Assembly: GCA_037444445.1 (NCBI GenBank)
Contig: JBBIMK010000021.1
Span: 1-32,000, forward strand
Length of the DNA: 32,000 nt
Direction: 5' to 3'
Origin: a bacterium
GTDB taxonomy: Bacteria; UBP7; UBA6624; JBBIMK01
Part shown: in pieces, positions 16,373 through 25,761 of the stretch
Layout: each line of letters starts with the position of its first letter
How positions within the stretch are numbered: the first letter of the stretch is position 1
Position numbers and translations under genes: made by a program
The notes under the pieces: generated by a model
The model's database searches: none
Told to the model about the DNA's origin: nothing
The model's input: only the letters and a program-made list of their open reading frames with translations

Positions 16373-17774
16373 ATTGCTTCACCAGTCGTTTGAAAACTTC
16401 TCCCCTTTCTTCATAGGAGTGAAACTCATCAAAACTGGCGCAGGCAGGGGAGAGGAGAACCACACCGTTGGGGGGTGTAACCTGAATGGCACTTTTCACT
16501 CCTTCGGTGAAAGAATCCACCACTACGAGCATGGCTTTCCCATTCCCGTGTTGCTGGAAGGCTTGAAACAGGCGCTTCCGTGCCTCACCCATCAGGACCA
16601 CTGCTTTGCATTTTTCCGAGGCTATCTCAGCCAGGCGAGAATAATTCAGGTTCTTCTCGGAGCCACCCAGAAGAAGAGTCAGCCAGCCCTCTTTGAAGAG
16701 CGCCTGAATGGCCGCCAGGACGGAGTGTGGCGTCGTGGCTTTGGAATCATCGTAGTACTTCACTTCGTGGAAGGTTCCCACATATTCCAGTCGGTGTGGG
16801 AGGGGGGAAAAGGTCTTTAACCCCTGCTGAAGGAGAGGGATGCTCACGCCCGCCACTCGTGCAGATAGGATGGAGCCTAACGCATTGCTCACATTTGCCT
16901 CCCCCAGTAGAGGCAGGTCATCCCGGTGAAGCACCGGTATTTCCTTTCCTTCCCACCTTATGCTCAGCACATCGTCCTTCACATAACCATCTGGCTGGTA
17001 TGGAAAATCTGACCCTTTTTTCTTTTTCCATTTGCCTTCCGCATCTGACGGTTGGAGAGAGTAAGTAAACACCCGGCTACGGCATCGTTTCAAGGCAGAC
17101 TCAACCCAGGGCTCATCTCCATTGATCACCGCTGTATCCTCTTCCGTCTGGTTCTCAAAAATCCGTAGCTTCGCAGATTTGTATTCTTCAAAATCCCTGT
17201 GCCAGTTCAGGTGGTCTTCCTCAATGTTCAGCAGGAGTGCGATTTTAGGGCGGAATTCATGAATGGTGGATAGTTGGAAAGAAGATACCTCCAGCACAAT
17301 CCAGTCCCACTCCCCTTCGCACACACTCACCAGAGGATTTCCAATGTTTCCTGCGGCAATCACCTTTTTCCCGCTCATCCGTAATAGATGTTCCAGAAGC
17401 CGAACGGTGGTGCTTTTCCCATCCGTTCCCGTAACTGCCAGAATCGGGGAATGGGTGAGTTGATAACCGATTTCCACCTCAGAAATCAAGGGAATGCCCA
17501 GTTCTCTTGCCCTATAGAAAACGGGATGGACGGGGGGGATGCCCGGGCTGGGAATGACGGCATCTATCCCGTTCAGGAGGGATGTGTCCTGCGGTCCGAA
17601 GTGCAACAGGCATCCCCGGTTTGCCAGCGCCTGCACACGCTCATCCATTTTAAGCGATGGATTGGAATCCGAGGCCAGAACCGAAGCGCCCTTGTGCAGA
17701 AGTTTCTCCGCTACTGCCAGCCCGGAAATCCCCAGCCCTAACACCAGAAATCGTTTCTTCTGAATGTCGTTCAT
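16350..17774 (-). CDS. murD: UDP-N-acetylmuramoylalanine--D-glutamate ligase MurD
   Basis: MNDIQKKRFLVLGLGISGLAVA (Rossmann fold) and VTGTDGKSTT (P-loop). The start at 17774 forms an ATGA overlap with the mraY stop. The raw 653-aa ORF extension runs out of frame through mraY. Confidence 0.9.
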   Translation of the reverse strand: MNDIQKKRFLVLGLGISGLAVAEKLLHKGASVLASDSNPSLKMDERVQALANRGCLLHFGPQDTSLLNGIDAVIPSPGIPPVHPVFYRARELGIPLISEVEIGYQLTHSPILAVTGTDGKSTTVRLLEHLLRMSGKKVIAAGNIGNPLVSVCEGEWDWIVLEVSSFQLSTIHEFRPKIALLLNIEEDHLNWHRDFEEYKSAKLRIFENQTEEDTAVINGDEPWVESALKRCRSRVFTYSLQPSDAEGKWKKKKGSDFPYQPDGYVKDDVLSIRWEGKEIPVLHRDDLPLLGEANVSNALGSILSARVAGVSIPLLQQGLKTFSPLPHRLEYVGTFHEVKYYDDSKATTPHSVLAAIQALFKEGWLTLLLGGSEKNLNYSRLAEIASEKCKAVVLMGEARKRLFQAFQQHGNGKAMLVVVDSFTEGVKSAIQVTPPNGVVLLSPACASFDEFHSYEERGEVFKRLVKQYAEESEK

Positions 17775-18796
17775 ATCGCCCACTGAATAGCCTCCGGAAT
17801 GGCAGAAGATTCCACCGCACCTACCCCCAGAAGTGTAAACAGGAAGTGAAAAATCCAGAATGCAAGAACCACCCGTGGCTCTTCCATTCCACTCATTTCC
17901 AGATGATGATGAAGCGGGCTCATCCTGAATATCCTTTTCCCAAACAGGTGAAAGGAAATCACCTGAAAAATCACGGAGAGGACTTCCACCGCATACACGG
18001 CTCCGAAAAGGAAGAGGAAAAGTTCGGTTCGGGTGAGGATGGCGACGGAAGCCAGCACCGCTCCCAGCAGGGATGACCCCACCTCCCCCATAAAGATTTT
18101 TGCCGGATAGGCATTCCATACTAAAAAGCCGAGGGAGACCCCGGATAGAACCCACAGGGGAAGCATAATCTCTGGCAGATAACTCCAGAACAGGCTTCCG
18201 TATGCGAAAAAGGTGAAGAGGATGCAACCGGTGAGGAGCCCATCCAGCCCGTCGGTGAAGTTCACCCCATTTACCGTGCCCATATAGGCAAGAATCGCCA
18301 GCAGGATACACCCTTTTCCAATGTCCGGTATCTGGTCAGAAAAAGGGATGAAAATCTGGCTTCTGCCGCTGGCATAGGCCGTCCACCCCAGCAGGGCTCC
18401 GAGGAAAATCTGAAGGAGGATACGATAACGGGCTCGGAGCCCAGCGGTTCCTCCCCGCATTTTCAGAACATCATCCAGAAGCCCCGAGAGACTCGCTACT
18501 CCGCACACCACCCAGAAAACAACCTCCGTCCGGGTTAACCCCCCCCTGCCAGAGAGCCGATGAAATAATGGCAAGAGGAAAACCATCAGGAAGAGAACCC
18601 CTCCCATGGTGGGGATTCCCTGCTTCTGTAAGTGAGTAGTGGGTCCATCCGTTCTCACCCTCTGCCGTATTCCCCAGCGGGGGAAATACCGAATCATCAA
18701 TGGGGTTGCAAAGAGGGACAGAAGGAAAGTGAAAATCAATAAATATCCGGGTGTTCCCAGCCAATCCAGTTTCTGGATGAGAGGGAACTCATTCAT
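17771..18796 (-). CDS. mraY: Phospho-N-acetylmuramoyl-pentapeptide transferase MraY
   Basis: HLQKQGIPTMGG, LLDDVLKMRGG, NGVNFTDGLDGL and SPLHHHLE motifs. The start at MNEFPL (18796) is 2 nt after the murF stop. Confidence 0.9.
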   Translation of the reverse strand: MNEFPLIQKLDWLGTPGYLLIFTFLLSLFATPLMIRYFPRWGIRQRVRTDGPTTHLQKQGIPTMGGVLFLMVFLLPLFHRLSGRGGLTRTEVVFWVVCGVASLSGLLDDVLKMRGGTAGLRARYRILLQIFLGALLGWTAYASGRSQIFIPFSDQIPDIGKGCILLAILAYMGTVNGVNFTDGLDGLLTGCILFTFFAYGSLFWSYLPEIMLPLWVLSGVSLGFLVWNAYPAKIFMGEVGSSLLGAVLASVAILTRTELFLFLFGAVYAVEVLSVIFQVISFHLFGKRIFRMSPLHHHLEMSGMEEPRVVLAFWIFHFLFTLLGVGAVESSAIPEAIQWAI

Positions 18797-18798
18797 GA

Positions 18799-20184
18799 TT
18801 ACTCGCCTCTCACCCCGGACGCTTTCAGGATTTCTTCCACCATTCTTTCCATCCCCGTAGCGCGGGAGCCTTTCACCAGTATGACACTGTCCTGCCAGTT
18901 TTCCTTCTTCACATCTTCCAGGAGAGAAGGGAAATCCGCATACCATTGGCTTTCCACACCGCCTTTCTTCGCCTCTTCCACAGCCTCCTTCATAGCATCT
19001 CCACAGGCAAGGAAGGACTGGAAGCCGAAATCCCCCAGTTGGTTTCCGATGTTCCGATGATATTTGCTGGCGTAATCGCCCAGTTCCAGCATATCTGCGA
19101 GGATGGCGATTTTCTTTTTTCCTGCTCCGATTTGAGCCACAAAGCGGAAGGCTTCCTCCATAGAAGCAGGATTGGCATTATAGGTGTCATCCACGAGGGT
19201 GCAGTTTTTCTTCAATACAAGAAGGTTCATACGGTGGGGGAGTGGTGGGCAGGAGAGGATGCCTTGTAAGATGTCGCCCTGAGGGATGCCCAGGCTCAGG
19301 CCCACCGCCACCGCCGATGCCAGAGGATAGCCCTGAAATTCGCCCGGGAGGGGTGCTCTCACCTCTTCCCGCCACTCCGGCGTCCTCACCCAGAACCGGC
19401 ATCGTCCGTCTTCCCCGAACTCTTTCAGTTCAAAACTGATTTCTCCTCGCTTCCCGTAGGTCCGTATATCTCCGCGGCATTTATGTTTGAGCACATGGAA
19501 ATATGGGTCATCAGCGTTCAGAATGGAAAGATTTCGTCCCGTCAGATTCCACAGAAGTTCCCCTTTTGCATCCACAATAGCATCCATAGAACCCAGCAAC
19601 CCGATATGCGTAGGGGCAATGGTAGTAATCACCCCGATGGTGGGTTGTGCCCTCTCGCACAGCCACAGGATGTCACCCGGCTTTCTCATTCCGAACTCCA
19701 GCACCACCACTTCAGCGTTCCCATTGATTCGGCTCAAGGTAAGAGGAACGCCAATTTCATTGTTATAACTCAGGGGGGTTTTCAGGGTTCTGAATCTCCG
19801 CTCCAGAACAGAAGCGATGTATTCTTTTGCCGTGCTTTTCCCCACGGACCCGGTGACCGCCAGCACTTCTCCCTGGAATGCTTGACGGTGAAACCGCCCT
19901 ACTTCTGCCAGGGCTTCCAGACTATCCCTCACCTGAACTGCGAAAGCACCGGGGGGTAAAGCGCGAGGACCGCTGGGGTAGCGTTCCGCAACCACTCCAC
20001 GAGCCCCCATCTTCAGGGCTTCCAGGACATAATCGTTTCCGTTGTATCGTTCCCCTCTCAGGGCAAAGAAAACCTCTCCGGGTTTTAAACTCCGGGTGTC
20101 TGTGGCTATATCCTCCAGGGGAGATTCCGGGTCGCCTCCCAGAAGTGTAGCCGAACAAATTTGGAGCAAGTCCTTAACTTTCAT
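18799..20184 (-). CDS. murF: UDP-N-acetylmuramoyl-tripeptide--D-alanyl-D-alanine ligase MurF
   Basis: MKVKDLL...DTRSLKPGEVFFALRGERYNGNDY and the P-loop VTGSVGKST. The start is set at 20184, after the murE stop (20174). Confidence 0.9.
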   Translation of the reverse strand: MKVKDLLQICSATLLGGDPESPLEDIATDTRSLKPGEVFFALRGERYNGNDYVLEALKMGARGVVAERYPSGPRALPPGAFAVQVRDSLEALAEVGRFHRQAFQGEVLAVTGSVGKSTAKEYIASVLERRFRTLKTPLSYNNEIGVPLTLSRINGNAEVVVLEFGMRKPGDILWLCERAQPTIGVITTIAPTHIGLLGSMDAIVDAKGELLWNLTGRNLSILNADDPYFHVLKHKCRGDIRTYGKRGEISFELKEFGEDGRCRFWVRTPEWREEVRAPLPGEFQGYPLASAVAVGLSLGIPQGDILQGILSCPPLPHRMNLLVLKKNCTLVDDTYNANPASMEEAFRFVAQIGAGKKKIAILADMLELGDYASKYHRNIGNQLGDFGFQSFLACGDAMKEAVEEAKKGGVESQWYADFPSLLEDVKKENWQDSVILVKGSRATGMERMVEEILKASGVRGE

Positions 20185-21652
20185 ATTCCAGTTCCTGAAG
20201 CGCCTTGCGGGCTTCCACCCGGTCATCAAACGGGAGGATGGAATCCCCTACAATCTGGTAGGTTTCGTGCCCCTTCCCGGCGATGACCACGGCGTCGTTC
20301 TTTTTTGCCTCGGCGATGGCTTTTCGGATGGCTTCCCTCCGGTCTGGAAGAATGTGAATACAGTGGGCTTGCTCCACGGGGATACCCCCAAGAATATCCC
20401 GGATGATGCCCAGGGGGTCTTCCTGCCGGGGGTTATCGCTGGTGATGAACACAATATCCGAGAATTCGCAGGCGATGCGCCCCATTCTGGGGCGTTTGGC
20501 TCTATCCCGATTGCCTCCACACCCGAACACCGTGAGCACCCGCCCGGAAGTAAGCCTTCTCACCGTTGTGAGAACCTTCAGCAGACTATCGGGTGTGTGG
20601 GCGTAGTCCACAAGGACCCTAAAAGGCTGACCCTGCTGAATTTCTTCCATCCGACCCGGAATTCCTTTCACTCGTGCAATGCCTGCCTGAATGGCACCCG
20701 GGGGAACCCCCAGCGATAACCCCAGCGCCACCGCTCCCACTACATTATACACATTGTGTTCTCCCCGCAGAGGCGTGAACACTTCCCATTCCTTTCCATT
20801 CAGCCCTCTCACTCTCAGCCGGCTCCCGTCCTCGCCCAGTTCCACACTTTCTGCCCGATATTCACCATTTTTTATCCCGTATCCCAGCAATCCCGGAACC
20901 TCCTGGAGAAGGCGGATGCCATAGCCATCGTCAGCGTTCACCAGGCCCTGAAATCCCTTCTTTCGCTCCACCTCCGTGAAGAGAAGTTTTTTGGCAGAGA
21001 AATAATCTTCCATGCTGGAATGGAAATCCAGATGGTCCTGGGAGAGATTGGTGAACAGGGCCCGGTCCAGCATAATTCCACTCAATTTCCCCAGCCTCAG
21101 CCCGTGAGATGAGGCTTCAAAACAGGCGCACTGAGCATCACGGGTTTGAAATTGGCGTAAGAGCCACACGAGGTCGTCTGCTTCCGGAGTGGTGTTCTCC
21201 AGGTTCCAGACTTCGCCATCCAGGCTCCCACCTAAAGTGCCCACGATGCCGGCTTTTTTCCCAGCAGCGTTGAGAATAGAGGCTACCAGATGGCTGGTGG
21301 TGGTTTTCCCTTTCGTTCCTGTAATGGCGAGGATGGACATTTGAGCGGAGGGGTTGTGATAGAATCGCTGGGCGACCTGCCCCAGGGCCCTGCGTACATC
21401 CCTGGCTTTGATGATACACGGGAAGGGAATCCCCACCGGGCGGTCCACCAGCACTGCCACTGCCCCTCTCTCGTAGGCTTCAGCGAGGAAATCCATGCCG
21501 TCCCGCTTCTCCCCCCGAATCGCCGCAAACAAATGCCCTGCCTCCACTTTCCGTGAGTGGTGCACAATCCCGCGAATGGGAACCTCCACATCCCCAAAAA
21601 CTTCGCCATCTAACCTCTTCACTAACTCTTTAATCCGTTTCTCTCGTTCCAT
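20174..21652 (-). CDS. murE: UDP-N-acetylmuramoyl-L-alanyl-D-glutamate--2,6-diaminopimelate ligase MurE
   Basis: P-loop ITGTKGKTTT, GCGGNRDRAKRP, and the TSDNPRQEDP (DNPR) motif typical of meso-DAP-adding MurE enzymes. Confidence 0.9.
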   Translation of the reverse strand: MEREKRIKELVKRLDGEVFGDVEVPIRGIVHHSRKVEAGHLFAAIRGEKRDGMDFLAEAYERGAVAVLVDRPVGIPFPCIIKARDVRRALGQVAQRFYHNPSAQMSILAITGTKGKTTTSHLVASILNAAGKKAGIVGTLGGSLDGEVWNLENTTPEADDLVWLLRQFQTRDAQCACFEASSHGLRLGKLSGIMLDRALFTNLSQDHLDFHSSMEDYFSAKKLLFTEVERKKGFQGLVNADDGYGIRLLQEVPGLLGYGIKNGEYRAESVELGEDGSRLRVRGLNGKEWEVFTPLRGEHNVYNVVGAVALGLSLGVPPGAIQAGIARVKGIPGRMEEIQQGQPFRVLVDYAHTPDSLLKVLTTVRRLTSGRVLTVFGCGGNRDRAKRPRMGRIACEFSDIVFITSDNPRQEDPLGIIRDILGGIPVEQAHCIHILPDRREAIRKAIAEAKKNDAVVIAGKGHETYQIVGDSILPFDDRVEARKALQELEYES

Positions 21653-23354
21653 TTTCTATCCCAGCCTCTGTCTGCGGCGGAATCCCGTAATACCAGAAGA
21701 TGTCCTTCAGGATGTTTTTGACAGCCGGAGCGGCCAGTTGCCCGCCAGAAGCCCGGTAAGTTTTCGGGTCATCCAGGACCACGGCCACGAGAAACCGGGG
21801 AGAATCTGCCGGATAAAAGGCAAAGAAGGAAACGACCACATGCTGTTCATCCCGATGATAATACCCGCCGCCGGGCTTGGTCTTCTGAGCCGTTCCCGTC
21901 TTCCCTGCCACTGGATAGCCTTCCATCTTCAGCGCAGTTCCAGTGCCCTCCAGAACCACTCCCTTGAGGGCATTGAGAATAAAGTCTACCGTCTCTTTTG
22001 AAAGAACACGATGGGCAGTCCTCTGGCACCTGAAGATGGGCTCTCCATCCCCCTTGCGAATCTCTTTCACCACACAGGGGTCCACCACCTCACCCCCGTT
22101 GGCAAATGCACTATAGGCTCGCAGTAGTTGAATAGGAGTCACAGCGATTCCTTGCCCGAACCCGAGGGTGGCTTTCTCCGTGGGTCCGAACTGGGCTGGA
22201 AGAAGCCCCCGGGCTTCCAGCGACCGGGGCCTCAGCACTTCCTCTGCCATCACTGCCTGCCCGAATCCGAACTTCTGAAGCCATTCTTTCCATTCCAGGT
22301 CAGAAATCAGGGAGCCCACCTCCGAAGCCCCCACATTGCAGGACTTGACAAGAATTTCCCGCAAGGTCACTTTGCCGTGGGCACGTCCATCAAACTCCCC
22401 GATGGGAGAGCGCTGGGGCATCGGCCGTTGCCCGGTACACACCACCTCAAAAGATTCCTTCACCTTCCCGTCCTCCAGGGCAATAGAGAGGGCGATGGGC
22501 TTGAAGGTGGAGCCAGGCTCATAAACAAAATAGAGGGCTTTATGCCGCAGGTTTTCCGGGTTCTGGGAAGCATACTCATTCGGGTTAAATACAGGCGCAC
22601 TCGCCAGAGCAAGTAGTTCCCCCGTTTGCGCATTCATCACCATCCCAACGGCTCCTACCGCTTGCTCCTTTTCCATAGCCTGGCTAATTTCCTCTTCCAC
22701 GATGTATTGCAGTGCTTCATCTATGGTGAGCACCAGGTCATATCCATCCAGGGCTGGCAAAAAAGGAGCTGCTCCAGGAATTGGCCTGCCGAAGGCTACC
22801 CTCCGATACATCTGCTCCAGTGTGCTTTCCTTTAGATAATCCTCAAATGCCCATTCTAACCCACCCCCCTTTCCTCCTTCATAAGCGGAGCGATAGCCAA
22901 TCAGATTTCCCGCCAGGCTTTGCAGGGGATAATATCGGTTGTTGCGTTTTTCCATTCTTAACTGTAAGCCGATAGGCACGCCATTCACTCGTTTCCTCTT
23001 CAGGACTTCTGCCTTCTCAGGGGGCAGGAAGAAAAGGGCTTGAGACTCCTCCGGCTGGATTTTCCTGCCAAGGATTTCTTGCATGCCGATGACCACTGCG
23101 GACCGGACCTCCGGGGTCATCTTCCTCCAGGGCGCCCGGATTTCATAAGTGTCCTGGTTGACAGCGAGAAGGTGATTCTGGCGGTCAAAAATCCGCCCCC
23201 TCCCCCCGCTCCACTCCCCCAGTTCCTTTACCTGCTTTTGATACTGGGCTTTCAATCGTTCATCTCCCCTCAATTTCATTACCTGCAGAAGGAAAATCAC
23301 TGAAAAGACAAAAAAGGCACTCCTCCAGAGCCAGACCCCGGGGTGAACGGTCAT
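21630..23354 (-). CDS. ftsI: Division-specific class B penicillin-binding protein (FtsI/PBP transpeptidase)
   Basis: An N-terminal TM anchor, plus SxxK (PGSTFKP), SxN (KSCNVG) and KTG (GKTGTA) active-site motifs. Confidence 0.9.
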   Translation of the reverse strand: MTVHPGVWLWRSAFFVFSVIFLLQVMKLRGDERLKAQYQKQVKELGEWSGGRGRIFDRQNHLLAVNQDTYEIRAPWRKMTPEVRSAVVIGMQEILGRKIQPEESQALFFLPPEKAEVLKRKRVNGVPIGLQLRMEKRNNRYYPLQSLAGNLIGYRSAYEGGKGGGLEWAFEDYLKESTLEQMYRRVAFGRPIPGAAPFLPALDGYDLVLTIDEALQYIVEEEISQAMEKEQAVGAVGMVMNAQTGELLALASAPVFNPNEYASQNPENLRHKALYFVYEPGSTFKPIALSIALEDGKVKESFEVVCTGQRPMPQRSPIGEFDGRAHGKVTLREILVKSCNVGASEVGSLISDLEWKEWLQKFGFGQAVMAEEVLRPRSLEARGLLPAQFGPTEKATLGFGQGIAVTPIQLLRAYSAFANGGEVVDPCVVKEIRKGDGEPIFRCQRTAHRVLSKETVDFILNALKGVVLEGTGTALKMEGYPVAGKTGTAQKTKPGGGYYHRDEQHVVVSFFAFYPADSPRFLVAVVLDDPKTYRASGGQLAAPAVKNILKDIFWYYGIPPQTEAGIENGTRETD

Positions 23355-23725
23355 TCCTTTCCTTCCTCCCGGGCTGGCAAAATCTCTCGTTCCTCAGTTT
23401 TCGCCATCCCTCGCTCCCTCGCCTGCTGAAGCACCCGCCGGGAGGCTTCCAGCTCCGTCAGGTGAATTCTCAGGTTCTCAACTACCCGCCGTTGGGCGCT
23501 TAATTCCTCCACCAGTCGCTCCCTCTCCTCTAATTCACGAGCATCCAACACCGAGAGCACACCATATACAAGTGTGAAACTGACTATCACACCCATCCCC
23601 AGCAAAAAGAATTTCCACGAGGGCAGGTGTTCCCGCGCTTGAGAATCCGTGGAGCCGACTCTCTCCATTCGGTGATGCGCCAGAGCCTGCTCCGAATTTT
23701 GCGATTCACCAGCCGAATCCGTCAT
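23351..23725 (-). CDS. ftsL: FtsL-like septation protein (single TM helix plus coiled coil)
   Basis: 124 aa. It has one TM helix (FFLLGMGVIVSFTLVYGVLSVL) followed by a heptad-like, Glu/Arg/Leu-rich segment. It sits in the ftsL slot between rsmH and ftsI, with ATGA overlaps at both junctions. Confidence 0.55.
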   Translation of the reverse strand: MTDSAGESQNSEQALAHHRMERVGSTDSQAREHLPSWKFFLLGMGVIVSFTLVYGVLSVLDARELEERERLVEELSAQRRVVENLRIHLTELEASRRVLQQARERGMAKTEEREILPAREEGKE

Positions 23726-24624
23726 TCCAGTGTCCTCCGCTCAAAAGCCCTTAAACGGGCGCTTCTTCCTCGCCGATTTTCCTCCACTTCTTCCCCGGGT
23801 GGAAAAACGGGAAAGGGCTTCAAAATTTCCCCCTTCCCTTCCCTTTCCCACCTTCTGAAGGTTTGCTTCACAATCCGGTCCTCCAGGGAATGATAAGCAA
23901 TGACCAGCAGGCGCCCGCCGGGTCGCAGGCAAGAAATCCCTTCCTCCAGCCCCTCCCGCAGCGCATTCAGTTCATCGTTCACCGCTATACGCAGGGCTTG
24001 AAATACCCGCGTCGCTGGGTGAATCCTCCCGCGATAACGCACAGGCACCGCCCCTTTCACCAAATCCGCCAGGCTCACCGTGGTCAGCGGCAACTCCTTC
24101 TTCTCCCGGACCCACACAATCCTTCGGGCAATTCGCCGAGACCACCGCTCCTCCCCATATTCTCGGAAAATCCTCTCTAACTCAAAAAGTGAGGAAGATT
24201 CCAGTATTTCCCGGGCTGTTCGCCTCATCCCGGTATCCATCCGCATATCCAGAGGACCGGGATGCAAAAAGGAAAATCCCCGTTCCGGCGTCTCTAACTG
24301 GAGGGAAGAAACTCCCAGATCCATCAGGATGCCGTCCACCTGCCTTACACCCGTATGGCTCAAAAGTTGCTGTAAACGCCTGAAATTCCCCTGAAGCAGA
24401 GTGAAGGCTTTCCCTGTTTCCTCCAGCGTCGTCTGTGCTTCGCACAAAGCAAAGGCATCCTGGTCAATCCCGATGAGACGCCCTTGCTGCAACTCATTCA
24501 GAATGGCCCGGGCATGTCCACCCGTTCCTACGGTAGCGTCCACGAAAACGCCCCGAACCGGGTGAAGAAAATTCAGCACCTCCTTCACCATCACCGGACG
24601 ATGTCGTATCCTCAAATCCACCAT
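23722..24624 (-). CDS. rsmH: 16S rRNA (cytosine1402-N4)-methyltransferase RsmH (MraW)
   Basis: HRPVMVKEVLNFL, FVDATVGTGGHA, DLGVSSLQL and SLEDRIVK motifs. Confidence 0.9.
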   Translation of the reverse strand: MVDLRIRHRPVMVKEVLNFLHPVRGVFVDATVGTGGHARAILNELQQGRLIGIDQDAFALCEAQTTLEETGKAFTLLQGNFRRLQQLLSHTGVRQVDGILMDLGVSSLQLETPERGFSFLHPGPLDMRMDTGMRRTAREILESSSLFELERIFREYGEERWSRRIARRIVWVREKKELPLTTVSLADLVKGAVPVRYRGRIHPATRVFQALRIAVNDELNALREGLEEGISCLRPGGRLLVIAYHSLEDRIVKQTFRRWEREGKGEILKPFPVFPPGEEVEENRRGRSARLRAFERRTLE

Positions 24625-25097
24625 CGCAGAACTCTTTGCTCCTCTTCAGAAAACTCTTCCAGCCTGGAAACCAGCTGCTTCCTCCAGGCTTCAAAGTGAT
24701 GTCTCGCCCACAGGAAAAGCATGGAGTTACCCGTGATAGCCACTTCATCTTTCATTTCCGCATACTCAATAAAATCTCTGGGCAGAAGAATCCTGCCCAA
24801 TTCGTCAAAGGTTCGGTAGCGAGACCAGTGTTCCGTGAACAGTTGAATATCGTAGGCTCTGGTCTGGTATTTTTCCGGAAGATTCTCCAGATATTTCAGA
24901 TATTCATCACGCTGATGTGGCGACATCACTCTCAGGTGGGGGATGGCAACGAAGGGGGGAGCCCAGACAATCCAGACTTCATCGCTGGCAAGGCGTTTTC
25001 TGTATTCTTGAGGGATGAGGATTCGCCCTGCCGGGTCCAGCCTCTGGTAGAAATTGTTAGTAGAATTTTTCCTGCCCACTGCCGTTCTGATTTTCAT
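24612..25097 (-). CDS. mraZ: Transcriptional regulator MraZ
   Basis: Two SpoVT/AbrB-like half-domains, each with the DxxGR motif: QRLDPAGRILIPQEYRKRL and TFDELGRILLPRDFIEYAEM. It is the first gene of the dcw cluster. Confidence 0.8.
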   Translation of the reverse strand: MKIRTAVGRKNSTNNFYQRLDPAGRILIPQEYRKRLASDEVWIVWAPPFVAIPHLRVMSPHQRDEYLKYLENLPEKYQTRAYDIQLFTEHWSRYRTFDELGRILLPRDFIEYAEMKDEVAITGNSMLFLWARHHFEAWRKQLVSRLEEFSEEEQRVLRWWI

Positions 25098-25120
25098 ACT
25101 TTAACATATTTTCCCAAAAA

Positions 25121-25250
25121 TTTCCACTCTAAACCCCACTTCGTGCACCCCATTTTCAACTTTTGGTAACATATTATAGGAAAACCTGATACCCCATTTC
25201 CCCCCTTTTTCCTCCCTTCAACTCCCCATCCCAACGCTAAAATCCCCCAT
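25121..25250 (-). promoter_or_regulatory. Candidate dcw promoter with an array of [A/G]TGGGG boxes (putative MraZ operator)
   Basis: On the minus strand: -10 TATAAT at 25178..25173. Boxes are ATGGGGG (25250..25244), ATGGGGA (25229..25223), ATGGGGT (25197..25191), ATGGGGT (25153..25147), GTGGGGT (25139..25133) and a degenerate GTGGAAA (25127..25121). I found no good -35 hexamer. Confidence 0.4.
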
Positions 25251-25540
25251 CTTGTTGCTTTAACCCCCTGTACAATTTTTACATATTCTCCTGACAATCC
25301 TTACTTTTTCCGAACATTCTTGCCAGTTCTACTGATAAATGTAGAAACACTATGTTCAAAGCAGGGAAGGTGAGCGACCGACTTCCACCATATTTCTGCC
25401 TGCCGGAAAATCATCTCTTCGGCATTTTTCTTCTAAGATTATGGGGTTTTTCCACATTTTACAATGCAACAAGGTGGGAAGAATGGCGGGACGAAATCAT
25501 GGGCTTGCTTGCTGTGTGATGTAAATCACTTATTTCCGGA

Positions 25541-25546
25541 TATAAT
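25541..25546 (+). promoter_or_regulatory. Possible -10 element (TATAAT) for the tRNA-Ser transcript
   Basis: A consensus TATAAT lies 42 nt upstream of the mature tRNA 5' end. There is no convincing -35 box. Confidence 0.3.
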
Positions 25547-25587
25547 GAATGTGGTAGTTGCTAATGGCGGAGGGTAAATCCTTATGC

Positions 25588-25681
<94 letters not shown>

Positions 25682-25761
25682 GTTATCACCTTTTGGATTC
25701 TGGCAGGAATTTTGCAAACCCAAGAGCAGTGGAACCAAAAATTTAAGAAGGAGGTAAACTT

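Noticed and set aside
16350-18311. N-terminal extensions of the raw ORFs. Examples are MurD at 653 aa, MurC at 533 aa (13902..15503), MraY at 391 aa (17771..18946), MurF at 476 aa and FtsK at 700 aa. They could be read as fusions or novel domains.
   Set aside because: The extensions run out of frame through the upstream gene and have no homology-like motifs. In each case a canonical family N-terminus begins at an internal ATG placed exactly at or next to the upstream stop codon.
25352-25519. A 55-aa plus-strand ORF (MFKAGKVSDRLPPYF...) containing a hairpin GCCGGA/TTCGGC (25402..25423) followed by a T5 run. This could be a small gene or an sRNA terminator between the dcw promoter and the tRNA.
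   Set aside because: There is no SD and no promoter upstream. The stem is only 6 bp with one G-U pair and a 10-nt loop, and I recognised no known RNA family (SRP, 6S and similar). The evidence is insufficient.
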